Of a stretch of 64,000 nt of DNA, positions 1 to 15,000 are shown piece by piece (the first letter of the stretch is position 1; every line of letters begins with the position of its first letter). Origin of the DNA: Clostridiales bacterium (GTDB taxonomy: Bacteria > Bacillota > Clostridia > Christensenellales > UBA1242); contig CAKJZJ010000011.1 of the NCBI GenBank assembly GCA_918292005.1, positions 18,469 through 82,468 on the forward strand, written 5' to 3'. Both the position numbers and the translations under genes were made by a program. The notes under the pieces are model-generated. The model was given only the letters and a program-made list of their open reading frames with translations, was not told where the DNA came from and did not search any database.

Positions 1-1
1 A

Positions 2-3000
2 ACTGGTATGATACGTGGCTCGTGGGTAATAGAAGATAATAGCTATAATTCGACAGAAGATTCATCCAAAAGTGAGTATAGGTCACTACCTACTGTTAGC
101 ACTTGGAATCAAGATCCAGCTCTAATTTATGGTGGACCATCACTTGATCATCGTATCCAACGTACACTAATCAATGATATTACCGGACTCACTGTCAATG
201 TCTATCATCATATACTGAAGACATTCAATATCAATGTAAATGAAATCAAAGTTAATAGGCATACAGGTCTAAGCAATGGTGGAACTACAGAAGCATTGAG
301 TGTAAGTGCGCCTGTTTCTACTACGACAACATCTGTGACATACATATTGTCTTATACTTATGGTGGCAGTGCAGTGACTGTAGGTAGTATAGTGATTAAT
401 GGTACTCGTGTATCTTATAGTGGTAATACCGTAACTTTCCGTGCGAATGTTCAGGATATAAATATTCAAATATCTGAAACTAATCAATATTTCTCACTCA
501 GCTCATTCGAGGGGATAACTACGGCTGCTACTCCTTTGCTAGTAAAGAGAATAGCACGAGCTTCAGATAGCAATACAAACCTAACATCATCTGGTGGTGG
601 TGAAGTTATCTCAAGTTATGCATACGATGCATGTACTATCACTAGTACTAGTGCATGGGTAAGTAGTCAAACTGGCTCAACTATTCAGCCGGGTAATGGT
701 AATGCAACACTTACTCTAGCAGACGATAGTGAATATCAATTCTACCACTGTGATAATGTCAATATCAATGCTACATTCGATATCTGGCATAAAGTAACTC
801 TGAATAGAACTAATGCTACCGTTACTACTACAAATTCATGGGATTCGTCTGCTACTATCAAAATAGGCGAAGCTAATTCAGCTGCTAAACTCAATAAATT
901 TACACATGTTTACAATAAAGATAATGCTACCGGTCTGTACATCAAAGAGAAAGAGGGTGCTACGGCATACTTCGATGTATCTGATGAAATATATGATATT
1001 ACAAACGATAGAAATATTAGACAAAAAGTGTATGTAATATCTAGACTATCTGGTTCATCTACTTACACACTTACAGACACAGGTACTATTGATGGTTCAT
1101 CATTATTTGATACTGCTGCACATTACAGTAGTAATTTCACTGCACTCAGTACAGCTAGAACTACTTTGGCACTAACTAGTGCAAATAGTCCTGCTGCTAC
1201 ATGCAATACAAGTCTAGCTATAGGCAGTGGTAGTAGAATGGATGAGTATGTAACAGCATTCTATACCAATGCTATTAGGCTAAAAGTAGATACTCAGAAT
1301 AATCAGACTGCTTCTACATATTATGGTTCTGCAGTGACGACCAACGCTAGCAATTCATATTCTTTGTCCGGAAATAATGGTCCTACTATTACATTCTCTC
1401 TATGGACTAATAATACTGCTACTAATGGTGCTCCAATATTCAGCGATGGTACTATCTGTGTGGGTGGTAATTTCATCTCAGCACCTACTTTATATCTGAA
1501 AGTAAATAGTATTACTACTGCTGTAGAATGGACATTTAATGGTATAAAGAATTGGGAAAGTTGTAATGGTACCGATTCGTTTACAGCAGCTACACTGAAT
1601 GCTAATATGATTAGCTCTGGTTTAGTATACCAGGCATCTTCGTTTACCATTGGTATTAGTGATTCTCACATTCATACAGCATTTAGGATAATGCTCACTC
1701 CTAGATATTGTATTACTATCAAATACAAGCTAGAGAAAAATGGTGATGGTAATTATGAAGCTATGGCAGTAAGTAGTGCAAATATGGTAACTATGAATAC
1801 TGCCGACGTTCCATATAATACATCTGCAGGATATGATGGTTATACACAGTATTTCGATAATGGTACTACAGTATCTATAGTAGTAAAGACATATAATGAT
1901 AATAGTTTCTATGATGATAATAATACCACCAAGCGTTATAGAATAGAAAAAATAGAGAATTCTTATTCTACCACGGCATCTCCATCATACTATGGATATG
2001 CACAATGGTCGTACTCATATACTATTAATGGTGGTAATGCTACACTATATGCGTATGAAGTAAAGGCATTTGTTCTGAATCAAATCGCCGTATCAAAGAC
2101 CTATGTATCTACCAAGGGTAGTAATGACAATGCTCAGCATACAGGTGGCACATTTACCATATCTGCTACACATGGATTTACGTACGGTGGCAAATATTAC
2201 GGAGATAATTATGACACCGTGACACTTAGTCATACTATGGAGCAGGGCTTCTTTATAGAAGGATATAATAATATCCTTGCTCTATCCAATCTAACCAATT
2301 CTACCGGCAGTGGTACCTCGACCTTTGATATTAATTGTAATGCTAGTAATGGTACAACTGGTGGTAGTAGAATAGACTATACTCAGATACAAATGCAGGC
2401 TAAAGAGATATCTGTTCATTTTACCGATCCATACAAAGGTATTAGTGATAGCCAGGGTAATATTCAGACATCAGCAGGTGCTATCTCTGAGTCTAATAGT
2501 ATACCAATGATTATAAGAGTAACTACAGATAATCTATCTGGTGCACTTAATAATGCTAATATTGATGATTCATATCAATTGACCAATGATACAACGGTTG
2601 TTAGTGGCAAGAATTACTTCATATATAATAGCACATATGATATTTATGAATTGGTTGTATCTCCGCAGTCAAATCCAAAGACGTCTGGTTACTACGAAGA
2701 GCTCAATCATTATATTGGTTATTTCGGTGTGATTACATTCCAGGTGTCTACTACAGATGGCGATGATAGTGGCTATAGGCTATATGGCTTCGGTGTAGCT
2801 GGCACCAATAATTGTCATTCGCCTAATGCTATAGTGAATGATACAGCTGGATATACCAAGTCTTCTTCTCCTGCCAATAGATATGGTACTATATCTAATA
2901 GCAATGTTCTCACAGTAGGCTCGAATACTTCTCAGGGTACAGGACTTACTTCTGGTTCATTGACATTGACTGATGACTTCGTCAGTGCTAGCAGTCAGGG

Positions 3001-6000
3001 TACTGCCAATACACTAAATATAATAGTATCTGTATTCTGGTACAGAGTATATTTCGTGAATATCGATTTCCGTGCAGATAAAACTTATTTAGGTAATAGC
3101 AGTGCAGTAATGGAGACTAATATTGCTAGATCTAATCTATCAGACTTCGATATTAGTGGTACATATATCGCTGCAGGTGGTGGTACTGCCACTACTAGTA
3201 TTACATATTCGGACTTTGGTGCTCCACAAGGAACAGGTACAGAAACATATTTCCGCAAGAGATTTACCGTAGAATATGGCACGAATATTACACTCAATCA
3301 TGCTCTATATGTAGAGCCTACATACAGTAGTGGATATCAGCTAGGCTACCAGTATGAATATATTAGCAATACTCTGTCTAGTACTAATTGTGCTAGTCTT
3401 AGCAATTCCGTAAGTGGCTCATCGGTAGCTACTACTCTTTCTACGATTACTGGACCATTCACTATATGTATTTACTACGTTCCTATCCAGGAATTGATCA
3501 TAAATAAAGTAACTACTGGCGAGGGTAGTGTAACTGGAACATTTGCAAATGATGTATATGTATTGACGGCAGATACATTCTTTAGACCTGGCAAAACTTA
3601 CTACGATGCTTCACACAATACTACTACTACTCCTGCATATACCGGTTCTAATGCTTCTGAACAGATCGCTCAGTACGGTCTAGGTGTGTATGAATTGGCC
3701 AATGTATTCTCATATCAGACATATTCTAGTAATACCGGCACGTCTACTACTATTAGCAAAATTTATGGTACTCAAGCTCCAAGTAGTGCTCCTAGTGGTG
3801 ATGTTGCAAGATCTTTGGGTAGTACTACAAATGCTAACGTTTATACTAGAACCAATGGCGATTATGATCTATACGTATATACTATATATGGTGCTAATTA
3901 TGATGTAGGTACTCAAGCTACACAGACAGCATATACTGATGCAAATAATGGCACTCGCAAAAAAGAATTTGTACCACTGAATTTGAATTATCTCAATCAA
4001 TTCACTCAATCAGATCAGGGATACAAGCTGGCACTTAGCTATAATGATTCTACCAAGGTAAATACAGGAACATTCAGTGCTAGTGGTACTAGTTTTGATC
4101 TATTATCTAGTGGTATATATGGCAGTGCTACATTAAATCTAAATATTCCGAATAACCAGAGAAAAATCACTACATCTGGCAATCGAGTACGCACTAATGG
4201 TACTATTACTGCTACATTCCAGCAGATATACGAAGTACTATTTGAGATGATAATGTCTACCGGCAATACTGGTACTAAATATCCGTCAATGTCTGTTACC
4301 GATACGGTAAATACAGTGAATATTTCTGATCAGGGTGTATGTAATGTATACAATTCTACAAATCCATCTTCTCCAGGCTCTCAGACTGTCAGGTATTTCC
4401 GCAATAATTATGCTAGATCTGCCGATCTAGGTAAATATACTGCGACTGTATCTTGGGATGGGCGTACAATAGAAGGTCTATTCAATAAGACTAGGGTAAT
4501 GAAAGATGACTATGGATACAATGAGTCGATGGCATCAGCTGAAGTATATAGCACTGTAGATGCTCTTCTACCAGGGCTATCTGGTGTCACACTCACATCT
4601 CCTGAACAGACACCTACCTTCACTCTTACTCCTGCTGAGCAGTCTAGTCTCACTACGAATGGCTGGGCACATGTAGAGTCGCTATACTTCTTACGTAGGA
4701 CTCTTGTCAAATATACCAAAAATCTAACAAGTGTAATGCCTGATATCGGCGGACAACACAATCCTGTACTGAGTCTAGTACATAATACTTCCACAGATAT
4801 TCAGGGTAATAATGCCAATCTATCTAGAACAACTGTCTCTATATCTAGCACTAATTATCCATTCGGTACAGTGAAGGGTGGAATAACTAGCAGTGCATAT
4901 GTAGACAATAGGATAGATATATCCAATGTGGGTACTACAGTAGATGATATCTATGCTGTAGTACAGTCTACTAGTGCTACTGTGACACTATTTGCCGAAG
5001 ATATCTCTGGATATGGTTATACATTCCTAGGATTCTATCATGGTAATACTAAGCTTACTTCTAGTAATGCTATAGTTAACTATACCTACAATAGTACTAC
5101 ATACAATGGATATAAATTGGAGAATTACACTATACCTGCCGATGAGACTACTACATATGTAATTGAGGCAAGGTACCAGATTGACTCATCTGCTAGCGAT
5201 AGCATACAGATAGTAGGTAATGGTTATGCTCAGATAGCATGTACTAGTGAGAGTAATATATCCAATGTAACTACTTCAACATTCGATTATACTAGTTCGG
5301 ATATTTACGCTAATGATACCAATATGAATATATCTCGTCCAATCATAACTTCTGGATCTGATGATATAACTACATTCGTTGGTATTAAAATCACATATGG
5401 TGAGGGTAGCACTCTCGCTGCTGTTTCTGCTGAATATATCAATTCTAATGTTCCATTCCTTACCGATCTCACTCATACCAAGATAATCAGTGGTTCGGGA
5501 TATTCAATATTTGTATACAATGTAGCAGAATACAATGACGTCAACTATAGAGCTATTCCTACACTTATCAAATTCATCCTGACGACAGACACATGGTATG
5601 AGAATGCTGCTGCTGTGACTGATTCCAGTGTCACTCTGGGTGGCACGTCATATACCAAATATGCTATTACCACTCCAGAACAATTAGCTTATGTGGCAAA
5701 AGATCATAATATTATGAATAGTGCTACCACATATATAGAATTAGGTGCAAATCTAGACATGAGTGCTCATATCTGGATACCTATGGATGGATTCAAAGGT
5801 GTATTCAATGGTAATGGCTATACTATAACAGGACTTAGAATCACTGCAAACAAAAATATTGTGACAGCATCTGATCCTGTTGAGCATTATTCTACTAGTC
5901 CAGTAGAGTCTATCAATGCATACTTCCTAGCTCCTACGTATGATTCTAATAGCAATACTTATTCTACAGATACTGCATATTTAGGCAATATTGATGCTGC

Positions 6001-9000
6001 TAATAGAAATACTGTGGCTCTGTATTGGACTAGTGCTAGAGCTAATTACTCCGGTACAACATATTACGACTATAGAGAATACAATCAATCTTATGGTAAT
6101 GGTATAGGTTTATTCGGTAGTACCAATGGCGCAACGATTTTGAAATTGCGTTTTACCAATTTCAATGGATACAATTACAATTCTCTGACTCAATATGCTG
6201 GTACACTAGTGGCTCAGGCTACTAATACCAATATTAGCGATGTATCTATATACAATGCATCGAATAAGGCTATTACATATTCTAGCCCAGTTGCTTTGAA
6301 TACAGCATCGTACTATATAGGTGCTCTGGTAGGTAAAGCTACAGGGTATATGTATATATTCGGATACAATCTAGTGGCTACTGGTATTAATAATACTGAT
6401 GGTACTACTATCAATTTATCTGGTATAAAGAGAAATTCAAATCTAATTTTCTCATTCACAGTAGGCTATGGAGATTGTACTAATAAACCTAGTGTATTTA
6501 ATAATGTCGCAGATAATAATGTCGCTGCAGGACTAATCATCCAGAATAGCTACATTGGTGCTAAAAAAACTACAAATAATGATACTACAAATCTCGCTGG
6601 ATCTACAGCTGCTAGTGTTTCTGCGGCTCTAATCGGTGCCCAGAGCAATAATTCTATATCTACATATCTAAATGATATATACGTAGATGTATCTGCATCA
6701 AATGGCGCTACTGAAAACTATGCCATTTATGGTGCTGCTAGTCTGCCTTCTAATATTACCTATGATAGTGTATATGTAAAGAATTATATCTCTCAAGTAA
6801 ATCAGGCATATGCTTCTTCGGGTAGGACTAGTGACTTTACATCGGATAGATGGATAAGGAGTGGTAATACTCCTACAGGTTTGACTTTCGCTAATGCTAC
6901 TACTATAGGTAATCCTACTGCACAGACAATAACTGCTAATACAGTATATCCTATATCTACAGCAAAACAATTATTAGACTACATGTATAGTGCAAATCAA
7001 GGCTCTAATTCAGATCTAACTGGTGTAGAATTCCACCTAGTGAATGATATAGATCTGACATACGCTATATGGAATGCATACGATCTACCAGCTGGATATA
7101 CTCTAGATGGTGGTGGATTTACAATATCTCATCTAAATCTAAATTCTTCTAGAGAAATGAGATCGGACGGTACTAGTGGTGGTCTGCAGAATGGTGTCGG
7201 TTTGGTTCAAATAAATAAGGGTACTATTCGCAATATTAGACTAACTGATGCATATTTGTATGTGAATGATGATTCTGGTAATAGAAATTATGCTGGATTA
7301 ATCGCAAATAATAACTATGGTAATATTCTGCAATGTTATGTAGAGGGAACTATCGATATTAGTGTAGATGCTATTAGTAGTGTAGATGCTACTAGATATG
7401 ATATATTTGTAGGTGGTATTGTTGGTAAAACACTGAGTTCTTCTATAATCAGTGAAGTAGAGACTGATATAGATATTAATTTAATTAATTACCACTATAT
7501 TGTTGCTGGTTTAAAGATTATAGGTGGCATTGTCGGTGTCGCAAATGGAGGTACGCTCTATAAGATTGGATCCAATCCAACAGTAAATGTATTTGGTTAT
7601 GCTCCTATATCTAATGCTGCCAATTATATCAATGTCTATAGAATTGGTGGACTAATTGGTGAAGTATATACAGGCGGTGACAATGTCGTAAAAGATTGTT
7701 ATGTAGGTAATAAGATATCCAGTACATTTACTTCTAATATCAATAGATATATAGGCACTACAAATAGTGCTCTAGGTTCTATAGGTGGTATGTCTATTGC
7801 CAGTGCTGTATTAAATGTGGATACATTCTATTCTGCTATGAATCCACAAGCTGACTTAATTGGTAGCAAGGATGCTAATACGAGTGTAACAACGGCTCAT
7901 ACATTTGCTTTGGGTGCATCTTATACAGGTGTAACCAATATTACAGATGACAATCTAAATACACAGAGCTACATGTCTAATACATGTGGATTTGACTTTG
8001 GTAATATCTGGAGATATGATGGCACACGCAGATATCCAGTACTTATCGGCAATCTCAATACTCATGATATCAAAATCACTCTCAAGACCGATGGTGTGAA
8101 ATTCATTGATGATGAGAATGCAGATAGTGGTGCTACTATCACCAATAATAAGAGCTACTATATGGTAGAGAAGGGTATTCTATACCAGTCTACTCCTGCC
8201 AATCTCAGTGATACCGAGTATTATATCAAAGATTATTATCTGAAAGCTCTGCATTCGGATGCTATCTCTGAAGATTATAATATTACTATCTCTGCCAATC
8301 CTGGCTATCATCTAGTGGATATTCTCATTGATGGTCATAGTGTTATTCATCATACTATGACTCAAAAGTCGAATAGTGTAGCTACTGCTACTACTGAAAC
8401 TGTGAATATATTTAGTCTACTGCAAACAGCTCTCAGCATTTCAGATACTACAATGGTACAGAGAACTAGTGAACATACTCTAGAGATCATCGTCAGCAAA
8501 GACTTCTACTATTTCCACACGGGTATTGTAGTTTACGATGATGTCAACCATACTTATTCTCTAGCTGGTGCTACTAGGTCTGGTGGTGCTGGTAGGGGGT
8601 ATACTAGTGCATATGGTGAAGTAAATATTACTTCTAGTAATAGGATAGTAGATGGTAATACCTATAATAACCTGCTATATAGTAATTCTCTCAGATATAA
8701 TAATAGCAATCCTGCCGATGATTGGACACTATCCAATACTTCTCAAGATTATTATTATCAGAATTCTGGTGCAGACAATCTAACCAATGGTAATAGTGCA
8801 GTAACATATACTTATGATGGTGGAGCACCAGTAGGTGGGCCAAACTCGTACTATGCAAATAGACTAATTGGCTGGATATTTATACCAGAAGGTGTAACTC
8901 GTGATTATGGACTATGTATTAGTAGTGATCAGCCTACTATAAATTCGTTTATTAAAGTTGATTTTGATGGCAGCAATTATTCTTATACTGCAATGAATGG

Positions 9001-12000
9001 TTCGACAGTAAAAGGATTTAAAGATGCTAATAAACTCAGTGTAGATGCCAGTGTAACTGGTAGTACTGTGACTATTCTAAATAACTCTAATTCAACTTTC
9101 CCTAGTACTAAAACTACAACTAGTTACGTAAGACATAGTAGTCTCACCGTTCTCGTCTCTAGTGCTACTAAAGGGTCATACTATCCAGTAGTAGAGAGAA
9201 CATACACATCTGTATTACAGAATATGGTACATGGACATACTCACGTAAATGCATGTTACAATGCATCTGGTGCACTCGTATGTACTGACTACAAGACTCA
9301 TACGTACTTCTGGCATGCAGATAATAGAAATACTCAGAATTCTAATCATCCAGATTGTGATATAGTATCTACGGGATATTCTATTACGTATGGTACCGGT
9401 GAGAGTGATGTAAATAATGGATTTACATATTCTTATGAACAAGGTATTACATGGGGTGACATGGTAAACATTCAGAGTGATAGATTCCTAAATAGTTCAC
9501 AGAAAAAATATATCCAGATAACACTAGGACTAGATTACCGAAAAGAAATAGATTATTTCGCTCGTAGATACTATGATGAAACATCGGGTACCTATAAGGT
9601 AATGTACTACAAAGTAGATACAACTGGTGGTATCAGTAGAGTATTTTCGATTAGCGGTAATGCAGAAGTAGCAGAAAATAATGTATATGCTAATACCTTT
9701 GATATTGTGAATTCGCAATTAGTAGGGGCAGATTATGTTACTACTATCACATTTGAGCTAAATAAGAATACTGCTGGTGAATATGCATTCCTAGTTAAAG
9801 ATAAAGTATTCAAAATCGAATTTGAATTTACCAATGCAAATCAATCTAAATTAACTAGAATCCAGGTTGGTAGTAGTGATAGTTCTTATGCTCAGATGAT
9901 TAAGTTCGGTTATGATAAAACTACAAGTCAGATGAAATACTACATTGGTACAGATAAAGATGCTAATATGACAGCATTTACTTCGACTGAATGGGTTACC
10001 GGTAATGTACATGGCATATATGGTGTCAGTTTGAATGTTAAGTTAAAATATGAGAATGGTACACTATATATTACTGCTGAAATGTATTACAATTATTATC
10101 TATCATTTGAATCCACACCTTTTGATGATTATAGGCTAACTGATGAGACCAATTGTATAATCACAAACAATGTAAAAACAGTCGAACCGGTAATGGGATC
10201 TTATTACATGGGTGTGATGTACACTAGTTATACCGATACTATATCTAGTAACCTAAGATCTAAAGGTTATCTATCGTATAGTCTGAATGCTACTCCATCT
10301 ATTATAGAAAAAACATATCTATACAAATACGGCATTATGTCCAATAAACTCGACCATATGAAAACTACCATATACTTCGAAAAAGATTATTATTCATATT
10401 TCGACCAATTGGGCTTACAGACAACTATCCCAGGATATTATTCGGGACAACTTGGTGGAGAAATGGTCAATAATACACATTATACCAATGCTACTCCTAC
10501 TAGTGTCACTTTATCTAGTGCTAGTTCTACTCTGTCTGCATTGCTATCTTCTATGCAATTCGTTACAATTGGGGGTACAGCTACTTCTAGTGCCAATGGT
10601 CTAAGTAGGGATACAGCATTCGTACTAGATACTCCATACAAGCTAGCTTGGTTATCCTATGTTCTGAATGAAAATCCTAATGCTACATATACTTATTCTG
10701 GCTCGACATATAAATTCTCTGAAGCTACTTATAAGGTAATAGGTAGTCTAGATATGTCGGATAAGTACTGGATGCCTATATCTACATTCAGTGGTGAGAT
10801 ATTCACTGGTAATGGTGTAGGCAATGCTGGTAGTATCAATAATTTAAGGCTAGAAGCATTGCAGGCTAATTGTTCGAATATCGGTCCAATACTTGGCGGT
10901 ACTAGTCCATATTTCAGCAGTACTCTAGCATTCATTACTAATGCTACTGATGTAAGGATAGTAAATGTAACATTCAATAATACAAGTATCAATACAGATA
11001 TGTATGTAGGTGCTGCAGCACTGATAGGTATCTGCAATGGTGGATACTTCGATAGAGTAAGGATTAATAATTCTACTATTATATCTACTTATACGGCCTC
11101 TAATGTTTCTGCAATGCTAGGCAGAACATATGGCAATACAATTATCAATGAGTGCGAGATAGTAGGCTGTACTGTGAGTGGTCTATCTAGACAGGCAGCG
11201 TATGTATGTAATACGACAGATAATGTAACTATTGTCAATAGTTATGCTGCATTATCTTCGCAAGAATCATCTAAATCGTTAATTTTCGTAGGTGATACTA
11301 ATGCAAATTCTGCTATCTGTCATGGTAATGTATTCTATCCTACCAATTGTGCTACAGCTACGACTCTGTTCTCTCCAGCGGGCCCTGGTGTTGGAGTATC
11401 TAATGGAGAGAATTATATAATTGGTAGTTACGCGAATGCTATTGCTCCAGCAAGTGCAACTACTAGTACTCTAAGTAATCTAGACTTTGATAATGTCTGG
11501 AACATTACTACGGGTGCTACTCCAGTATTCGGACACAAGGATAGGTATAATAATTACACCAATTATGCTTCTACAGCATCTGGTACACTATCGGGTGCTG
11601 GTACGAAATATGATCCATATCTAATAGGATCTCTGGCAGATTATGCTAAATTTGTAATAGATATCAATGCAAGTACTAGAAATACAGCTTCAACTTATTA
11701 CAGATTAACAGCAGATATTGATCTAAAAGGTCAGGCTATGCAACCTATAAAGGTATTCCAAGCTAATCTCGATGGTAATGGCTATGCTATCAAAAATTAC
11801 TATCTGAATGTAAGTGACGAATCAGTCACAGGATACAGAGATGCGGCACTTATCATGGTCAATGCTGGTACTATTACGAAATTATTTGTACGTAATTTCA
11901 CAATAGTGAATTCCAATACAGACAATGATGACAATTATACTGCAGCTCTAGTTGCTGTGAATAATGGTACTATTACCAAAACTTCTGCCAATGGTATCAT

Positions 12001-15000
12001 CCTGGGTGCTACACTCACTACAGGTGGTATGATAGGTAGGAATAATGGTACTGTAAATACATTACTTGTCAATAAAAATGGTAATTTCGATAGCATTATA
12101 CACGGTTTTGCAAAGGCAGGTGGTGTAATTGGTTATTCTGATACATCATCCAATAATACATCTTTGGGTATAGAGAGTAGTATTATAGGTGGTGGTAGTT
12201 ATCTAAATGGCTATAGAGTGGGTGGTGTAATTGGTACATCTGTAAGTACAAATCCACACAATAATATTTATAGTCAGGCTAAAGTAAAAGGAATACTAAG
12301 TGGTAATAGTGTATATGCAGGACTAATTACTACTACAGGTAATATTACAATCAATCATGCATATTCATCAGTATCTGATACTGGTGTAAGTGATGGTACT
12401 AATAACTTTAAATATGCACCATTAGCCGTAAGTGATAGTGGAACTATTACTATTAATCATGCTAATTATGTAACATCATACATCACGATCACTGCTACAC
12501 AGGGTGCTTCGGCTATATCTAGTATTGCTCTCACTAGTGGTTGTAAAGCTAGCACAGTGACCGCAACAGACATAGGCTCGGGTAATTCATTGACCAATCT
12601 AAGCACATATTTCAATCCTAACAAAGATTGGGATTATCAGAATGTATGGTCTGTATATAATTCCGGTGCAACATTACCTGTATTTAAACATTTCAATGAT
12701 TACATCATACAATTGCCTAAATATGATGACGATGACGTGTGGATGCTGGCGACTGACCTGGATGCTAGATTCTATAGCTATGCTACTAGTAGGAGAACTA
12801 CTGGTAAATATATAGTAGCTAGGAAGACCAGCAATACTGTGAGTGAAGATACAGCATATTATGTAATAGAAGTATCTACTACTGGTATGCCAATAAATGA
12901 GGCTGGATCTGGTAGTTCTGTAAATCTAAGTCAAGTTGTCATTAATGACGATAATACTATATACATCTATCGTGGCTCTATTGCTACTATAAATGTAACG
13001 AGTGTTGCATCTAGACATGTAGATAGTATACAATTAACCCATGAAACTGTACCGGCAGTGACATTGAGTTATACTCTAGACGATACAGGCAATCCAAACG
13101 GCGGTTCAGGCAATGCACTAGGTGTGGATGGTACTAGATCGGGTGTAAACTTCTCAATTAATCCAACAGCCGATGTACTCAATAATTCTACATTCAATAT
13201 GTACGATAGAGATAGATTTACATATAAAATCGTTATCAATCAGTCTAAAAATAAATATGAGATCGTAGTTGGTAAAACTCAAAATACTTCTAGAGATGAG
13301 AATCTAGTACAGAGTATTACCATAGCATCTAGCAATACAACTGATGATGGTGCTGCTGTAACAAATAGTCTACCTAATGATAATTCGACAGTATCTAAGA
13401 ATATTACACATGGTAGTATAGTTACTATTACGGTAGATTTGAACCATTCAATCATGAATACTACAACAGAAAATGTAAGAATAGACAAATGGATGCATTT
13501 GTCAAAAGAAACTGGACATTCGGGTGTAGAAAACTATCGTTCATCTGACTATCTAATTGCTAATTCTATAATTGCATCAGGTCAAAATGTAGAAGAAACT
13601 ATACAAAATGTATATCTAAATGGTGTACAAAATTCTACAGGCACATACACATACTTCAATATCAATACTGTGGATAATGGCGTTAATTATTCAGTAAGTG
13701 CTGGCAAACTAGTAATCTCATTTACAGCTACCATGAATACTAGAGGTAAATATGTAGTAGATCTAGTAAAACAATGGTTAGTGCAAATACAGATGGAACT
13801 CACCGAAGATGTAGGAGAGATATATCCATATGTATGGTTGAGTGGTAGTACAGCATTTGATGCATCCAAAGTAGAAGGTCAGGCAGATATAGACTTTACT
13901 CAAACTATAAAAGCTGATAACATATCTACAAAGGGTTATTCACGTTCTGAATATAAATTATCTGGCAGTACAATTGTGGCTAATGCAATGGGTCCAGGCT
14001 CGTATAAAATTGGTGCAACTACTTACGATTATAATTCTGGATCTAATCTAAAGAATGCATTCTATCGTCCATATACTACGTCTCCATATGATACGGGATA
14101 TCTAATTAATAATATCTTTGTAGATAATGGTCATAGTATAAATGTAATTACTGAACATTATGGATATTATACATTCAATGGATTTACGGTAAATTCTGCT
14201 GCACAAGCACATACAACATCAAATCCTGAATATAAATATATCTATAATGAGTACTTTAGAATTGATTCTGTAACACAAGCAAAGGCAATTATTGCTAATT
14301 ATTCTCCTACGATTTATGAACTCAATATAATTGTTGAGAATTCTAGAGATGGTGCTACTCATGGTTATATAAAAGATCCAGCAGATAATAATAACAAAGT
14401 AGCAATTACTTATAATATTAAACATGGTTCTTCACAATCTATAACTCTAGTAGCTGACAAAAATTATATTCTAGACGAAGCAGATATTTATTACAATGAA
14501 TATAAATATGTAAGCACAAATAGGTATTATAGAAATGGTAATACTTATCAAACAAATAAACCTGGAGACTGTCTACCAATACTGCAGACGTCACCAGTGG
14601 CTCTAACTACAGTAAATGTAGTGAGAGCTCAATCATCTGTAAATAATAATACGTCTGAAAAGAATTATACTCATACAATAACATATAATAATGTCTATGG
14701 CAATATCGAGATGCACATCTCATATACCAGATATTATTGGGGTGATAATCCTATGCAGACTACATCGCTAACTGGTGCAGGTACTAGAGCAAATCCATAC
14801 AAGATATCTTCTACTAGTGACTGGGCATATATAGCTAGGACTAGTGCAAGCAATAATTATTCTGGTCAGTACTTTATACTAACTAGCGACATTGATTTTG
14901 ATTATAGATTTATGCCATCTATTCAGAATTTCGCAGGTACTATCTATGGAAATGGATATACCCTAAAGAATATGCTATTAGATGACGATAATTATACTAG

